Shown here piece after piece: positions 9,444 to 18,776 of a DNA stretch of 52,694 nt. How positions within the stretch are numbered: the first letter of the stretch is position 1; each line of letters opens with the position of its first letter. A program made the position numbers and the translations under genes. The notes beneath the pieces were generated by a model. The model made no database searches. It was given only the letters and a program-made list of their open reading frames with translations, and was not told the DNA's origin. Source of the DNA: a bacterium (GTDB lineage: Bacteria > Patescibacteriota > Minisyncoccia > UBA6257 > Colwellbacteraceae); assembly GCA_021787205.1 (NCBI GenBank), contig JAJYME010000002.1:1-52694 (forward strand). Reading direction: 5' to 3'.

Positions 9444-10745
9444 TTATTTTCTTTCCGACAAGGTGGCGGAGAGATCCAAAATCTGATCACCCCTCTTCAC
9501 CTTCAATTTGATGGTATCGCCGGGATAATGTTCGGAGATGACCGAAGAAAGAGAGTTGTTCCCATTCTTCAGACTCTTGCCGTCGGCTTCGATAATGACA
9601 TCATCAATTCTCAGCCCCGCCTTGTCGGCTGGAGAGTCCTTGATGACACCGTTGGGATAAGCGGCGGCGGCCTTAATGATGCAGCCTTCATCGCTTTTGA
9701 GATAATTCACTCCCAAGAAAGCGGTGCTAATCTTCCCCGCCACCCTGTAGGATTCGATGGCGCGCCTGGCGCGATTGATAGGAATGGCAAAGCCGACATT
9801 CTGGGCGCCCTGGACGATAGCGGTATTGATTCCAATTACCTCGCCCCTCAAGTTAATCAACGGACCGCCAGAGTTTCCCGAGTTGATGGAGGCATCGGTC
9901 TGGAAAACGCTATCAATGCTTTCCAGTCGGCCGGTCAATTGGTCGGCTGCCGTCAAGCTCCTACCCTTGCCGGAGATGATGCCGACGGAAACCGTATTTT
10001 GGAACTCGCCCAAAGCGTTACCGATAGTGATGGCTGTCTGCCCCAAGCGGACCTTATCGGAATCCCCGAGAGATAAAGGCTTCAAGCCAGAAGCGTCGAT
10101 CTTCAAGAGAGCGATATCCTGGTAATCATCAGTCGCCACGACTTTGGCGTCAAACTTGCGATCATCGCTCAAAAGGACGCTGTAAAAACCATTCTTATCG
10201 CCGACGACGTGCTTGTTGGTCAGGATCAAGCCGTCAGCAGAAACGATAAAGCCGGTGCCGCCGCCGATCTTTTCCCTGGTCGTCTTCCCCGATTCACAAG
10301 GAACGGAAAGGGCCCAACTGTCGCCGAAAGGATTGCGATTCCCAAATGGATTGATTTCGCAGGTCTTCATGACCGGGACGTCCTTGGAGATGGAAACCGA
10401 GACAACGCTCGGGGCAGTCGAATCGATCACTTCGATCAACTTCCTCTCATGTTCATCCGCCGGCTCGTAAACCTTAGATTCCCGACTCTCCTTAAGAAAG
10501 CCGCCGTCTTCTTTTCCCTTGTTCAGATCAAATCCGGAAATCTCCTTGCCAAATCTGGAGACGATTTCTTCTTTAAGCTCGAGATAACGGTTTCTAAGGT
10601 TGTTGCCGAACTCAGTGAAACGGCCGGAGACGGAGAAAAAGACAAGGGTGCCAAACAAAAGGCCGCCGATGACAAAAGCGGTGATGATAGCAAGGGCAAG
10701 ATTTTTTCTTGCCTGTTCTTTGATGCGATTAATAAGAGACCTCAT
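9444..10745 (-). CDS. htrA: HtrA/DegP-family serine protease with an N-terminal membrane anchor and a C-terminal PDZ domain
   Basis: Catalytic motifs TNKHVV, DIALLK and GNSGGPLIN. PDZ-like C-terminus (GLRIDDVIIEADGKSL). Confidence 0.9.
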   Translation of the reverse strand: MRSLINRIKEQARKNLALAIITAFVIGGLLFGTLVFFSVSGRFTEFGNNLRNRYLELKEEIVSRFGKEISGFDLNKGKEDGGFLKESRESKVYEPADEHERKLIEVIDSTAPSVVSVSISKDVPVMKTCEINPFGNRNPFGDSWALSVPCESGKTTREKIGGGTGFIVSADGLILTNKHVVGDKNGFYSVLLSDDRKFDAKVVATDDYQDIALLKIDASGLKPLSLGDSDKVRLGQTAITIGNALGEFQNTVSVGIISGKGRSLTAADQLTGRLESIDSVFQTDASINSGNSGGPLINLRGEVIGINTAIVQGAQNVGFAIPINRARRAIESYRVAGKISTAFLGVNYLKSDEGCIIKAAAAYPNGVIKDSPADKAGLRIDDVIIEADGKSLKNGNNSLSSVISEHYPGDTIKLKVKRGDQILDLSATLSERK

Positions 10746-10810
10746 TGGTATTTTTACAAGTTAAAACGCCTGATATAAAACAAAGCTTCATAAATTATAA
10801 ATCAAAAAAA

Positions 10811-10840
10811 TAAAATACAAAATCCGCCGAAAGGCGGATT
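10811..10840 (-). terminator. Intrinsic terminator of tyrS
   Basis: AATCCGCC-GAAA-GGCGGATT hairpin flanked by A/T runs. Confidence 0.8.
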
Positions 10841-10844
10841 TTGT

Positions 10845-12035
10845 TTACTTAACAATTTTTGCGAAGCGGCGTTTGCCGGCTTTGATGATCATTCCGTTTT
10901 TGATCTCAAGGATCTGATTGACGTCGGAGATTTTCTCGCCGTCGATTTCCAGACCTCCTTGTTCGATCAATCTCCTGCCCTCGCTCTTCGAGGTGACGAG
11001 ATTGGCAGAGACGATGATATCAAGCGCAGAAAGAGATTTGGCTTCGATTCTTATTTCCTCAATTTCGCTAGGAAGCTCTTTTTTGGAAAAGACTTTCTCC
11101 CACTCCTCCTTTGCCTTCTCGGCTTCTTCCTCGCCGTGATAGAGAGAAACGACTTCCTCAGCCAGATACATCTTGGCCGTCTTCGGATCTCTCGCTATCA
11201 GTCCTTCGATTTCCTCAAATTTGGATTCGTGGACATCGGTCGTGAGAATGAAGTATTTCATAATCAAGTCATCACGGACAGACATGACCTTGCCGAACAT
11301 ATCGTTAGCCGAATCGAGAAGAGAGATGACATTGCCCCAGCTCGATGACATCTTCCTGCCGTCAGTGCCTTCAAGCATTGAGAAGGTTATGATGTCCTGC
11401 TCCTTTTGACCGTAGGCTTTTTGCAAAACCCTTCCGGCTTTCAAATTAAAGAGCTGGTCGAAACCACCGATCTCGACATCGGCCCTGGTCGCAACCGAAT
11501 CATAGCCTTGCATCAAGGGGTACATGAATTCGCGCAAGGAAATCTCGATCTGATTCTCATAACGATCTTTGAAATTGCGGCGTTCAAGCATCTGCTGGAC
11601 GGAGAAGTTCTCCGCCAATTCTGAAATCTCCCTGAAATCAAGCTTCGACAACCAGCGGCTGTTGTAGACGATTTCCATCTTTTTGAGATCGAGAATCTTA
11701 CCGAGCTGCTTCTTGTAGGATTTCAAGTATTCCTTGATGGCCTCCTTCTTGAGCATGGGGCGCTTCCCCGTCTTGTCAGAAGGATCGCCAATCAGGGCGG
11801 TAAAGTCCCCGATGATGAGGACGATCTTATGACCCAACAATTGGAAATCGCGAAGCTTGCGCAAGGGGATGGCACGGCCCAAGTGGATATTCGGGCTGGT
11901 GGGGTCGATGCCGAACTTGATCCTAAGGGTTTTCTTAGACATCAGAGCCTCCTTCAAGTGGTCCTTGTCGATGACATCTTCGATGCCACGAGTGAGGAGC
12001 CGGTCGATAATATCGGCGTCGGTCAGGTGCTCCAT
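10845..12035 (-). CDS. tyrS: Tyrosine--tRNA ligase
   Basis: HIGH-type motif (PNIHLGRAI), KMSSS (KMSKS) motif and a C-terminal S4 domain. The ORF extends to ATG 12101, but that start overlaps clpP. The ATG at 12033-12035 (MEHLTDADIIDRL) fits typical TyrS N-termini. Confidence 0.88.
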   Translation of the reverse strand: MEHLTDADIIDRLLTRGIEDVIDKDHLKEALMSKKTLRIKFGIDPTSPNIHLGRAIPLRKLRDFQLLGHKIVLIIGDFTALIGDPSDKTGKRPMLKKEAIKEYLKSYKKQLGKILDLKKMEIVYNSRWLSKLDFREISELAENFSVQQMLERRNFKDRYENQIEISLREFMYPLMQGYDSVATRADVEIGGFDQLFNLKAGRVLQKAYGQKEQDIITFSMLEGTDGRKMSSSWGNVISLLDSANDMFGKVMSVRDDLIMKYFILTTDVHESKFEEIEGLIARDPKTAKMYLAEEVVSLYHGEEEAEKAKEEWEKVFSKKELPSEIEEIRIEAKSLSALDIIVSANLVTSKSEGRRLIEQGGLEIDGEKISDVNQILEIKNGMIIKAGKRRFAKIVK

Positions 12036-12075
12036 ATGCCTCGGCTTTTTGTTTTTTGCCGTTCTTATAATTTTA

Positions 12076-12681
12076 TTATTTAGCTTTTTTAATGACTTCA
12101 TCTATTATTCCGTATTCTTTGGCTTCCTCGGAAGTCATCCAGTAATCCCTTTCCGTATCTTTCTCAACTTTGGAGAGAGATTGGCCGGTCATCTTCGAGA
12201 GAAGCGAGTTAACCTTTGCTTTTGTCTTAATGATCTGTTTTGCGGCAATTTCGATATCAGTCGCCTGGCCTTCAGCGCCTCCCATGACTTGATGGATCAA
12301 GATCTCGGAGTTGGGCAAAGCAATACGCTTCCCTTTTTCTCCAGCAGCCAGAAGAAAGGCGGCGATGGAGGCAGCGAGACCGACGCAGACGGTTTCAACC
12401 GCCGGCTTGATGAATTGCATCGTGTCATAGATGGCCATACCGGCGGAGACAGAACCGCCCGGAGAATTGACATAGAGCTTAATAGGCTTCTTTTCGTCCT
12501 CACTAGCCAAGAAAATCAACTGGGCGACAATAAGATTAGCCATATGATCGTCAACCGGACCGGATAAGAAAATGATTCTCTCTTTCAAAAGACGGGAGTA
12601 GATGTCAAAGGCTCTCTCGCCATAGGTGGTCTTTTCTATGACCGTAGGAATGAGATAATCCATACTTGTTTCTTTTTTCAT
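12076..12681 (-). CDS. clpP: ATP-dependent Clp protease proteolytic subunit
   Basis: LIPTVIE...[18 protein letters not shown], active-site region [18 protein letters not shown]. The ORF-track start (12696) is TTG; ATG at 12679-12681 is preferred. Confidence 0.92.
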   Translation of the reverse strand: MKKETSMDYLIPTVIEKTTYGERAFDIYSRLLKERIIFLSGPVDDHMANLIVAQLIFLASEDEKKPIKLYVNSPGGSVSAGMAIYDTMQFIKPAVETVCVGLAASIAAFLLAAGEKGKRIALPNSEILIHQVMGGAEGQATDIEIAAKQIIKTKAKVNSLLSKMTGQSLSKVEKDTERDYWMTSEEAKEYGIIDEVIKKAK

Positions 12682-12700
12682 GTTGTTATTATACAAAATT

Positions 12701-13948
12701 TTAATTCAAATCGTACTTTTCCTCATCAGAGACAAGGTCCTCTTCGGTGAGCGGAGTCATCGACTCCTCAGCTTCCTTGTCTTTTTCCTCATAAGCGACC
12801 GATTCCGAACGGACATCGATCTTCCAGTTGGTGAGCTTGGCGGCTAAGCGGACATTCTGACCGCCCTTTCCGATGGCGAGGCTTAGCTGGTCGTCGGGAA
12901 CGATTACTTTGGCATAATTATCCTCATAAATCTCGACGCTCTTGACCGCAGCGGGCGCCAAGGAGGCGGCGATGAATTCCTCAGGCTCTTCAGACCAAGG
13001 AATGATATCTACTTTTTCATTGCCGAGTTCCCCGGTGACCGACATAACACGGATTCCCTTTTGACCGACGCAAGAACCGACAGGATCGATAGAAGGTGAG
13101 CTTGAATAAACTGCCATCTTCGATCGGCTGCCCGCCTCCCTTACGATGGCCTTGATCTCGACAGTGCCATCAACGATTTCCGGAACCTCGGCTTCAAAAA
13201 GCTTGGCGACAAAGCGAGGGTGAGAACGGGAGAGGACAATCTGGGGGATTCCCCTTCTGTCTTCCTGGACCGCCAAGATGTAAAACTTCATTTTTTCGTT
13301 GATCGGGTACTTCTCTCCTTGGACGGTCTCAGCGGGAAAGACGACGCCGTTGATCTTTCCCAAATCAACGGTAATGATGCCTCTTTCGACGCGGCTGATG
13401 GTTCCTGAGACAATCGATCCTTCTCTCGCTCGGAACTCTCCAAAGATAGTTTCTTTCTCCGCTTCTCTGAACTTCTGCAAAACGACTTGCTTGGCAGATT
13501 GGGCGGCAATGCGGCCGAAATCTATTTTCGATTCGAGAGGGAACTCCAAAATGTCTCCTAAAATGGCATCTTTTTTTATTTTCTTCGCCTCGTCAAGAAA
13601 GATGTGACGCTCAGGATTGTAGCGAGGGAGCTTGCCTTCCTCATCCTCCTCCTCTTCGTATTCCTTAGCGGCGGCATCCTTGCCCCTTTCTTCTTCTGTC
13701 ATCTCCTCTTCGGGAACTTCCTCAACGATTCTGACCATCGTTTCATCAACGACTTCTTTTTCCTGCCAGAAGCGAGCCTCTCCGGTTTCCATATCAATTT
13801 TGGCTTTGATAATCTCGCCTCTTTCGCCGTATTCTTTCCTGTAGGCGGTAGCGATCGAATCCTCTAAGGCGCCGATGACCTTTTCCGGAGCGATGTTCCT
13901 CTCCTTGGCAACCTGGTTGATTATTGAAATTATTTGTCTGAAATCCAT
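12701..13948 (-). CDS. nusA: Transcription termination/antitermination factor NusA
   Basis: N-terminal domain, S1 domain and two KH domains ([14 protein letters not shown]; [16 protein letters not shown]). ATG at 13946-13948 is preferred over the upstream TTG. Confidence 0.92.
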   Translation of the reverse strand: MDFRQIISIINQVAKERNIAPEKVIGALEDSIATAYRKEYGERGEIIKAKIDMETGEARFWQEKEVVDETMVRIVEEVPEEEMTEEERGKDAAAKEYEEEEDEEGKLPRYNPERHIFLDEAKKIKKDAILGDILEFPLESKIDFGRIAAQSAKQVVLQKFREAEKETIFGEFRAREGSIVSGTISRVERGIITVDLGKINGVVFPAETVQGEKYPINEKMKFYILAVQEDRRGIPQIVLSRSHPRFVAKLFEAEVPEIVDGTVEIKAIVREAGSRSKMAVYSSSPSIDPVGSCVGQKGIRVMSVTGELGNEKVDIIPWSEEPEEFIAASLAPAAVKSVEIYEDNYAKVIVPDDQLSLAIGKGGQNVRLAAKLTNWKIDVRSESVAYEEKDKEAEESMTPLTEEDLVSDEEKYDLN

Positions 13949-13990
13949 TTTTTTATTTATTTGTTTTTTTATTAAATACGATGTTTGCAA

Positions 13991-14015
13991 AGCCCCGCCA
14001 TTTTCTGGCGGGGCT
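13991..14015 (-). terminator. Probable terminator hairpin
   Basis: AGCCCCGCC-ATTTTCT-GGCGGGGCT. Only a weak T-run on the minus strand. Confidence 0.5.
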
Positions 14016-14084
14016 TCTTAAGATCAATACAAAAGTATTATAAGGTCATTATATCTCGATTTTTTCTTATGTGTCAATCCGATT

Positions 14085-15611
14085 TTAGAAGCCGGCGCGC
14101 TTGATGACTTCCTGCATGGCGTTATAGGAAGTGGCGACAACCAGATACTTCTTTCCAGCTTTATCCTTTATCCAAGCATATTCGAAAGCGGCGCCGATAT
14201 TAGGGAAGGCAACAAAGCGAACGTCCTTTCCTAAGACCTGGCCATCTTTCCACTCCTTGGCTTGGGCACCGGGAGTAATTGAGTAGAGATTGGCAAGAGA
14301 CGATGACTTCTCGATCGAGCCGGACAGTTCAGTGTCGGCCTTGTCGCTTTTAGCGGCAACGATGAAGCCGAGCATCGGATTTTTCTTATCTTGAAAAACG
14401 ACAGCGGTAAAATCATCCTCGAGATCGTTCTTAATCAAGTTATTATCGACATCATGAAGGATGGCGTCGGCAAACTCCGAGAAAGAGATATAGCCACCTT
14501 CAGTCTTAGCCAAGACAACCTCCTTCAAAGAACCGGCCGGATAGGCCTGACCACCTTCATTGGTGAAGAGGGCCGATTTGACGGCAGCAAGGGATAAATC
14601 AGTAGTCTTTTGTTCTACCTTGTCAGCGGGAGTGACCAAAATCGAAGCGTGAGTCTTGATCTGAGGAGTAACAACCACCGGTGTGGGCTGAGTGACAACG
14701 GCCGGAGCCTGAGGAACAGGCTGTTCGACGACCGGCGCGGGCTGTTGAACCGGTTGTTTAGCGGGTTTCAACAAGAAGAATCCGCCAGCGGCAACAACAA
14801 TCAGTCCAACGGCGATAGCGACAATCAAAACGGTCTTTTTCTTAGAGCCGGCAGGGGCAACCTCAGGAACAACAGGAGCTGAGGAGCCGGTGGCGGTGGC
14901 GGCTGTAGCGGCGCCAGAGACAAAGTCATTGACCGAAAAAGTGCTGCCAGCAGCTTCCGCTCCGCCGCTGTTTCTAAGGGATTCGGCATCCGACATCAAA
15001 GTGCGGACATCGACAACGGAAACTGGGGTTGGAGGGGTGGCCACTTCCGGAACCGATTCGGCGGAAGCGAAGAAACTCGGCATGGCCGGTTTCTGAGTCT
15101 GCGGCATCTCAAAAGTCCTCGGAGAAATGACAGTGCTCTCCTCGGAAGGCTGGTTGACCGGGATCGGAGCGAATTGAGGCTCGGCGGTCGAGAGATTGCT
15201 AGCGCCAGTCGGAGTGACCAAGGACGGAGTGGAAAACTCGTTGACGGCCGGCTTTCCTTCAGTGAAAGAAGGGGCAACCGAGCCCGGAACCGAAGCGGAA
15301 ACAACCGGGGAAGGAATGACGGGGGCAGCCGGTTGGCTCTCCGAATAATCGACGGCGACCGGGGCGACCTCCTGAACAATCGGAGTCGGGGCAGCCGGCA
15401 GTTCTTCCGGTTGGACTGGCGAAGACATCAAAGGAGTCGGAGTCGGAGCGGGAATGAAAGGAGTCTCGGCTTTGATCTCGGCGGCATTTACAGGCACGGG
15501 GGCATCGGCCGGAGTGGGGGTGTTAAATGAGGGAATCGCATTCGGGTCCCAACCGATTGGATTTTGATTATTTGTTTGATTTGCATCAAGCGGATTATTT
15601 TGTCCGTTCAT
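14085..15611 (-). CDS. Single-pass membrane protein with a long Pro/Val/Ala-rich N-terminal region and a globular C-terminal domain, function unknown
   Basis: ATG at 15609-15611 (MNGQNNPL) lies 7 nt after an extended -10 (TGATAAAAT). TM segment KKKTVLIVAIAVGLIVVAAGGFFLL. No recognisable motifs. Confidence 0.5.
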   Translation of the reverse strand: MNGQNNPLDANQTNNQNPIGWDPNAIPSFNTPTPADAPVPVNAAEIKAETPFIPAPTPTPLMSSPVQPEELPAAPTPIVQEVAPVAVDYSESQPAAPVIPSPVVSASVPGSVAPSFTEGKPAVNEFSTPSLVTPTGASNLSTAEPQFAPIPVNQPSEESTVISPRTFEMPQTQKPAMPSFFASAESVPEVATPPTPVSVVDVRTLMSDAESLRNSGGAEAAGSTFSVNDFVSGAATAATATGSSAPVVPEVAPAGSKKKTVLIVAIAVGLIVVAAGGFFLLKPAKQPVQQPAPVVEQPVPQAPAVVTQPTPVVVTPQIKTHASILVTPADKVEQKTTDLSLAAVKSALFTNEGGQAYPAGSLKEVVLAKTEGGYISFSEFADAILHDVDNNLIKNDLEDDFTAVVFQDKKNPMLGFIVAAKSDKADTELSGSIEKSSSLANLYSITPGAQAKEWKDGQVLGKDVRFVAFPNIGAAFEYAWIKDKAGKKYLVVATSYNAMQEVIKRAGF

Positions 15612-15678
15612 AAGTATTATTTTATCAGAAAAGAAGCAATGATAAAACCTTCCCTGTGGATAAGAGGCATATATTAAA

Positions 15679-15814
15679 AACAAGCACAGCTTTCCCGGAC
15701 GACGCAGTCTTTGTTTCCAGCGAAACAAATCTGCTCAGACTCGGCAATTTATCGCGTTTCGCGTGAACCGCGCTAAATTGCCTGCGTCATACGCCGGTGA
15801 AGGCTATGCTTGTT
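15679..15814 (-). ncRNA. Candidate structured RNA element, either a pnp 3'-UTR element or an independent sRNA
   Basis: 12-bp closing stem (AACAAGCAUAGC/GCUGUGCUUGUU, with one G-U on the minus strand only) followed by a U-run. Nested helices CCGG..GACGCAG/CUGCGUC..CCGG, GGCAAUUUA/UAAAUUGCC and UUUGUUUC/GAAACAAA. Confidence 0.35.
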
Positions 15815-15829
15815 TTTTATTTTCTAATA

Positions 15830-18046
15830 TTAATTTTTGTGACGATTAAAGAAACCTCTTTTTTCTTTTCTCTCCTCTCGATGAGGCTCGTCATCCTTTC
15901 TTTCTCCGCCAGCATTTTCCTCCTTTGCTTCCGAAGGCGCAGCCAGTTGTTTGATCGAAAGGCTGATCTTGCCCTTGCCAGGATCGATCTTGATGATCTT
16001 AGCCCTGACAAAGTCTCCAATATTCAAAACATCAGTGACATTCTTGACGAAGCCTTCCTTGATTTCGGAAACATGGACCATTCCGTCCTTGCCAGCGCCC
16101 AAATCAACGATGGCGCCAAACTCCATGATTCTCACAACCGTTCCTTCGACGATCTCGCCGACTTGGAACTCCTTGACGATGCCTTTGATCTCAGCGATTG
16201 CAGCCTCGACTTTATCATGATCGGTTCCGGCGACGAAGACTTTTCCGTCATCCTCTATCTCGATGGTGACATTGGTCTTAGCGATGATCGCATTGATCTT
16301 CTTGCCTCCCGGCCCGATGACCTCTCCGATCTTTTCAGGATCGATATGGAAAATCTCAACTTTGGGAGCATATTTGGAAATCTCCGGACGGGGCGCAGCC
16401 AGGGCGCCGGTAATGACGGCCAGGATTTTCAAACGAGCTTCCTTTGCTTGATGCAAACCCTCGAGCAGGACCTTAGGCAAGACCCCTTCGACTTTCACAT
16501 CCATCTGGATGGCATTCACACCGGCATCCGTTCCCGCCACCTTGAAGTCCATGTCGCCATGATGATCTTCAGGGCCTTGGATATCGGTCAAGATCTTATA
16601 TCTTCCCGATTCGTCGCTCATAAGACCCATAGCGATTCCAGCAACCGGCTTTTTAATCGGAACGCCGGCATCCATCAAGGCCAGAGTCGAGGAACAAACA
16701 GTCGCCATCGAAGACGAGCCGTTCGAGCCTAAGATCTCAGAAACGAGACGGATGACATAAGGAAACTCCTCCATTGAAGGAACAACCGGGCGGACAGCTT
16801 TTTCCGCCAAGGCGCCATGACCGATATCCCTTCTGCCAGGGCCGCGATAAGACTTAGCTTCTCCGACGGAATATCCGGGGAAATTATAATTAAGCATAAA
16901 TCTCTCCTTGCCATCGATATTGCGAATGGTCTCGACAATTTTCTCCGTTCCCGGCGCTCCCAGGGTAGCAACCGCGAGAGACTGGGTGTTGCCTCGAACA
17001 AAGACGGCGGATCCATGGACTCTGGGCAGGGTTCCTACCTCAGCATAGAGCTCGCGGATCTCATCAGTCGCCCGACCATCGGGACGCTTCCCGCTTTCGA
17101 TAACATTCTTGTGAACCAAGGCGCTGATTGCCTCGTCAAGAATCGCCTCAGCATCCTTGATGGAGGCTTCGTCGTGGGATTGTCCGATCAAAAATTCTTT
17201 AAGCGACTTGGAAACGGCGGAAAGATTGCTTTCTCTTTCAACCTTGTCTTTGACGTAGACCGCCCCATCAAGTTTCGGAGCGACAAATTCATTAACTTTC
17301 TTTTCAAGCTCAACGTCTCTCACCTTCAAAGCGACTTCCGCCTTCGGTTTCCCGACTTCGGCGCGCATTGACTGGATAAGCTTGTTTATTTTTTCAATTT
17401 CGACAAGAGCCTTTTCGTAAGAAGCGATAATTTCCTCTTCCTTGGCTTCATAACCGTCAAGCTCGATCATATTGATCTTACCGTTCAAGCCGGCAACAAA
17501 GCTGCCAAAAGACTTCTCGGCCAGACGGGCTTTCAGAACGGAATTGACCGGATTCAAAACAACCTCTTCGCCGAACTTGGCGAGAGCCACTCCGGCAATC
17601 GGGCCGTTCCAGGGAATATCGGAAATATGAAGAGCGGCAGAGACAGCAACCAGAGCAACAAAGTCAGGATCGTTTTCCTCATCATAAGTCAAAACCGTGG
17701 CGGTCACCTGGATATCGCGGCGAAGCCTGGAATCAAACAGCGGCCTTACTGCCCTGTCGACGATTCTTCCGGACAAGACGGCATCAGTGGAAGGCCTGCC
17801 TTCGCGTCTGACGTACTGCGAACCCAAGATTTTTCCGACGGCATAATATTTTTCTTCAAAATCAACAACCAAGGGCATAAAGTCAACATCTCTATTTTCC
17901 TTGGACATGACAACAGTCGCCAGGACTGTCGTTCCTTCGTAAGTTGCCATGACTGCCGCATTTGCCTGATCGGCAAGGCGGGAAGTTTCTAACGTCAAGA
18001 CTCTTCCGGCAACTTCGGTTTGAAATTTTTTTCTTTGTAAATCCAT
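15830..18046 (-). CDS. pnp: Polyribonucleotide nucleotidyltransferase (PNPase)
   Basis: Two RNase PH domains, a KH domain (IGEVIGPGGKKINAI), an S1 domain (GEIVEGTVVRIMEFGAIVDL) and a basic C-terminal tail. ATG at 18044-18046 is preferred over the upstream TTG. Confidence 0.95.
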   Translation of the reverse strand: MDLQRKKFQTEVAGRVLTLETSRLADQANAAVMATYEGTTVLATVVMSKENRDVDFMPLVVDFEEKYYAVGKILGSQYVRREGRPSTDAVLSGRIVDRAVRPLFDSRLRRDIQVTATVLTYDEENDPDFVALVAVSAALHISDIPWNGPIAGVALAKFGEEVVLNPVNSVLKARLAEKSFGSFVAGLNGKINMIELDGYEAKEEEIIASYEKALVEIEKINKLIQSMRAEVGKPKAEVALKVRDVELEKKVNEFVAPKLDGAVYVKDKVERESNLSAVSKSLKEFLIGQSHDEASIKDAEAILDEAISALVHKNVIESGKRPDGRATDEIRELYAEVGTLPRVHGSAVFVRGNTQSLAVATLGAPGTEKIVETIRNIDGKERFMLNYNFPGYSVGEAKSYRGPGRRDIGHGALAEKAVRPVVPSMEEFPYVIRLVSEILGSNGSSSMATVCSSTLALMDAGVPIKKPVAGIAMGLMSDESGRYKILTDIQGPEDHHGDMDFKVAGTDAGVNAIQMDVKVEGVLPKVLLEGLHQAKEARLKILAVITGALAAPRPEISKYAPKVEIFHIDPEKIGEVIGPGGKKINAIIAKTNVTIEIEDDGKVFVAGTDHDKVEAAIAEIKGIVKEFQVGEIVEGTVVRIMEFGAIVDLGAGKDGMVHVSEIKEGFVKNVTDVLNIGDFVRAKIIKIDPGKGKISLSIKQLAAPSEAKEENAGGERKDDEPHREERKEKRGFFNRHKN

Positions 18047-18128
18047 TACCAGATAATCATAACCCAAAACGAGCCTATTGTCATACGAAACCCTTCTTGG
18101 CGAATGCCAGCCGTGCTATAATCAAAGG

Positions 18129-18428
18129 ATGAATGTTAATGACATTTTGAACTTTACGGGAACGGGATTTGCCATCGTCCTTCTAATCTTGAACCTCCTC
18201 TCCAGGAGGACGCTAATGGGCTCTTTCTTCAAAGGATATTATACCCTCATGACGGCCGCGATGATTGCCTTGGTAATAAGTTTTCTGGCGGACTTGCCGA
18301 TAACGCCGCTCGGAATGGAAGTGGCTGAAATAGTCCACCATCTTTTCTTCATCGTCTTTACTGTCCTTGCGGTCGTGGCAGCGCGCTATTTGCCAAAGGA
18401 GGCGGCGAAACATTTGGAGAAAGACTAA
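18129..18428 (+). CDS. Small membrane protein, function unknown
   Basis: About 99 aa with three hydrophobic helices; ATG at 18129. No homology recognisable by eye. Confidence 0.4.
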   Translation: MNVNDILNFTGTGFAIVLLILNLLSRRTLMGSFFKGYYTLMTAAMIALVISFLADLPITPLGMEVAEIVHHLFFIVFTVLAVVAARYLPKEAAKHLEKD

Positions 18429-18478
18429 GCATCCGATCTGCTGACATCAAAAGAAATCTGTGTTATAAAGCAGATCAC

Positions 18479-18560
18479 GGGCGGGTGGCGAAACTGGTAG
18501 ACGCGTACGGCTTAGGACCGTATTCCGCAAGGATTGAGGGTTCGAGTCCCTCTCCGCCCA
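18479..18560 (+). tRNA. tRNA-Leu (anticodon TAG), class II with a long variable arm; CCA not encoded
   Basis: Manual fold: acceptor GGGCGGG/TCCGCCC, D arm GCGAAACTGGTAGACGC, anticodon arm TACGG-CTTAGGA-CCGTA, variable arm TTCCGCAAGGATT, T arm GAGGG-TTCGAGT-CCCTC, discriminator A. Confidence 0.9.
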
Positions 18561-18660
18561 CATAATAGGAATTAAAATAAGAATCACGAGTGAGGGAGTC
18601 GAACCGCCGGAAGCTCGCAATATATTCTTACCTTTAGCGAGCTGAGGCGCGGCCCGAAGG

Positions 18661-18706
18661 AAACCCGCAGGGTTTACCTGAGTGGTCGAGTCCCTCTCCG
18701 CCCACA
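18661..18706 (+). pseudogene. tRNA-Leu-derived 3' fragment (variable-arm-like hairpin, degenerate T arm, identical acceptor 3' strand)
   Basis: AAACCC-GCA-GGGTTT hairpin, then GAGTG-GTCGAGT-CCCTC, then TCCGCCCACA. The last 21 nt (18686-18706) are identical to 18542-18562. No matching 5' acceptor strand lies upstream. Confidence 0.5.
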
Positions 18707-18739
18707 AAACAATTTTTTATATTTTGCGACAGATACCGC

Positions 18740-18768
18740 TTGATTTTTTCAAAAAAAAATGATACTAT
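18740..18768 (+). promoter_or_regulatory. rpsO promoter
   Basis: TTGATT, 17 nt, TGATACTAT (extended -10). The -10 ends 8 nt before the rpsO ATG. Confidence 0.6.
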
Positions 18769-18776
18769 GGGCGTAA

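Noticed and set aside
9111-10076. 321-aa plus-strand ORF, and similar long antisense ORFs (6759-7502, 7968-8432, 8484-9056, 10209-10778, 11857-12567, 21532-22128, 23201-23911, 24161-25042, 27050-27931, 32237-32788, 44171-44914)
   Set aside because: All lie opposite strongly supported conserved genes (clpB, htrA, tyrS/clpP, SBP, gyrA, ftsH, rny, mutM/kinase). They show no recognisable motifs and are typical shadow ORFs.
15797-16732. 311-aa plus-strand ORF
   Set aside because: Antisense shadow of the well-supported pnp gene, with Asp/Leu/Ser-rich low-complexity translation.
18561-18706. A second functional tRNA (plus or minus strand), split tRNA half or tRNA intron next to tRNA-Leu
   Set aside because: No 5' acceptor strand complementary to TCCGCCC exists upstream. 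The T arm has a mismatch and lacks T54. The minus-strand T-loop-like GGTTCGACTCC has no pairing T-stem or acceptor. Kept only as a degenerate fragment or repeat.
18447-18707. 86-aa minus-strand ORF with repeated MWAERDS
   Set aside because: It lies entirely over the tRNA-Leu gene and its duplicated 3' end. The peptide repeat is just the translated tRNA repeat.
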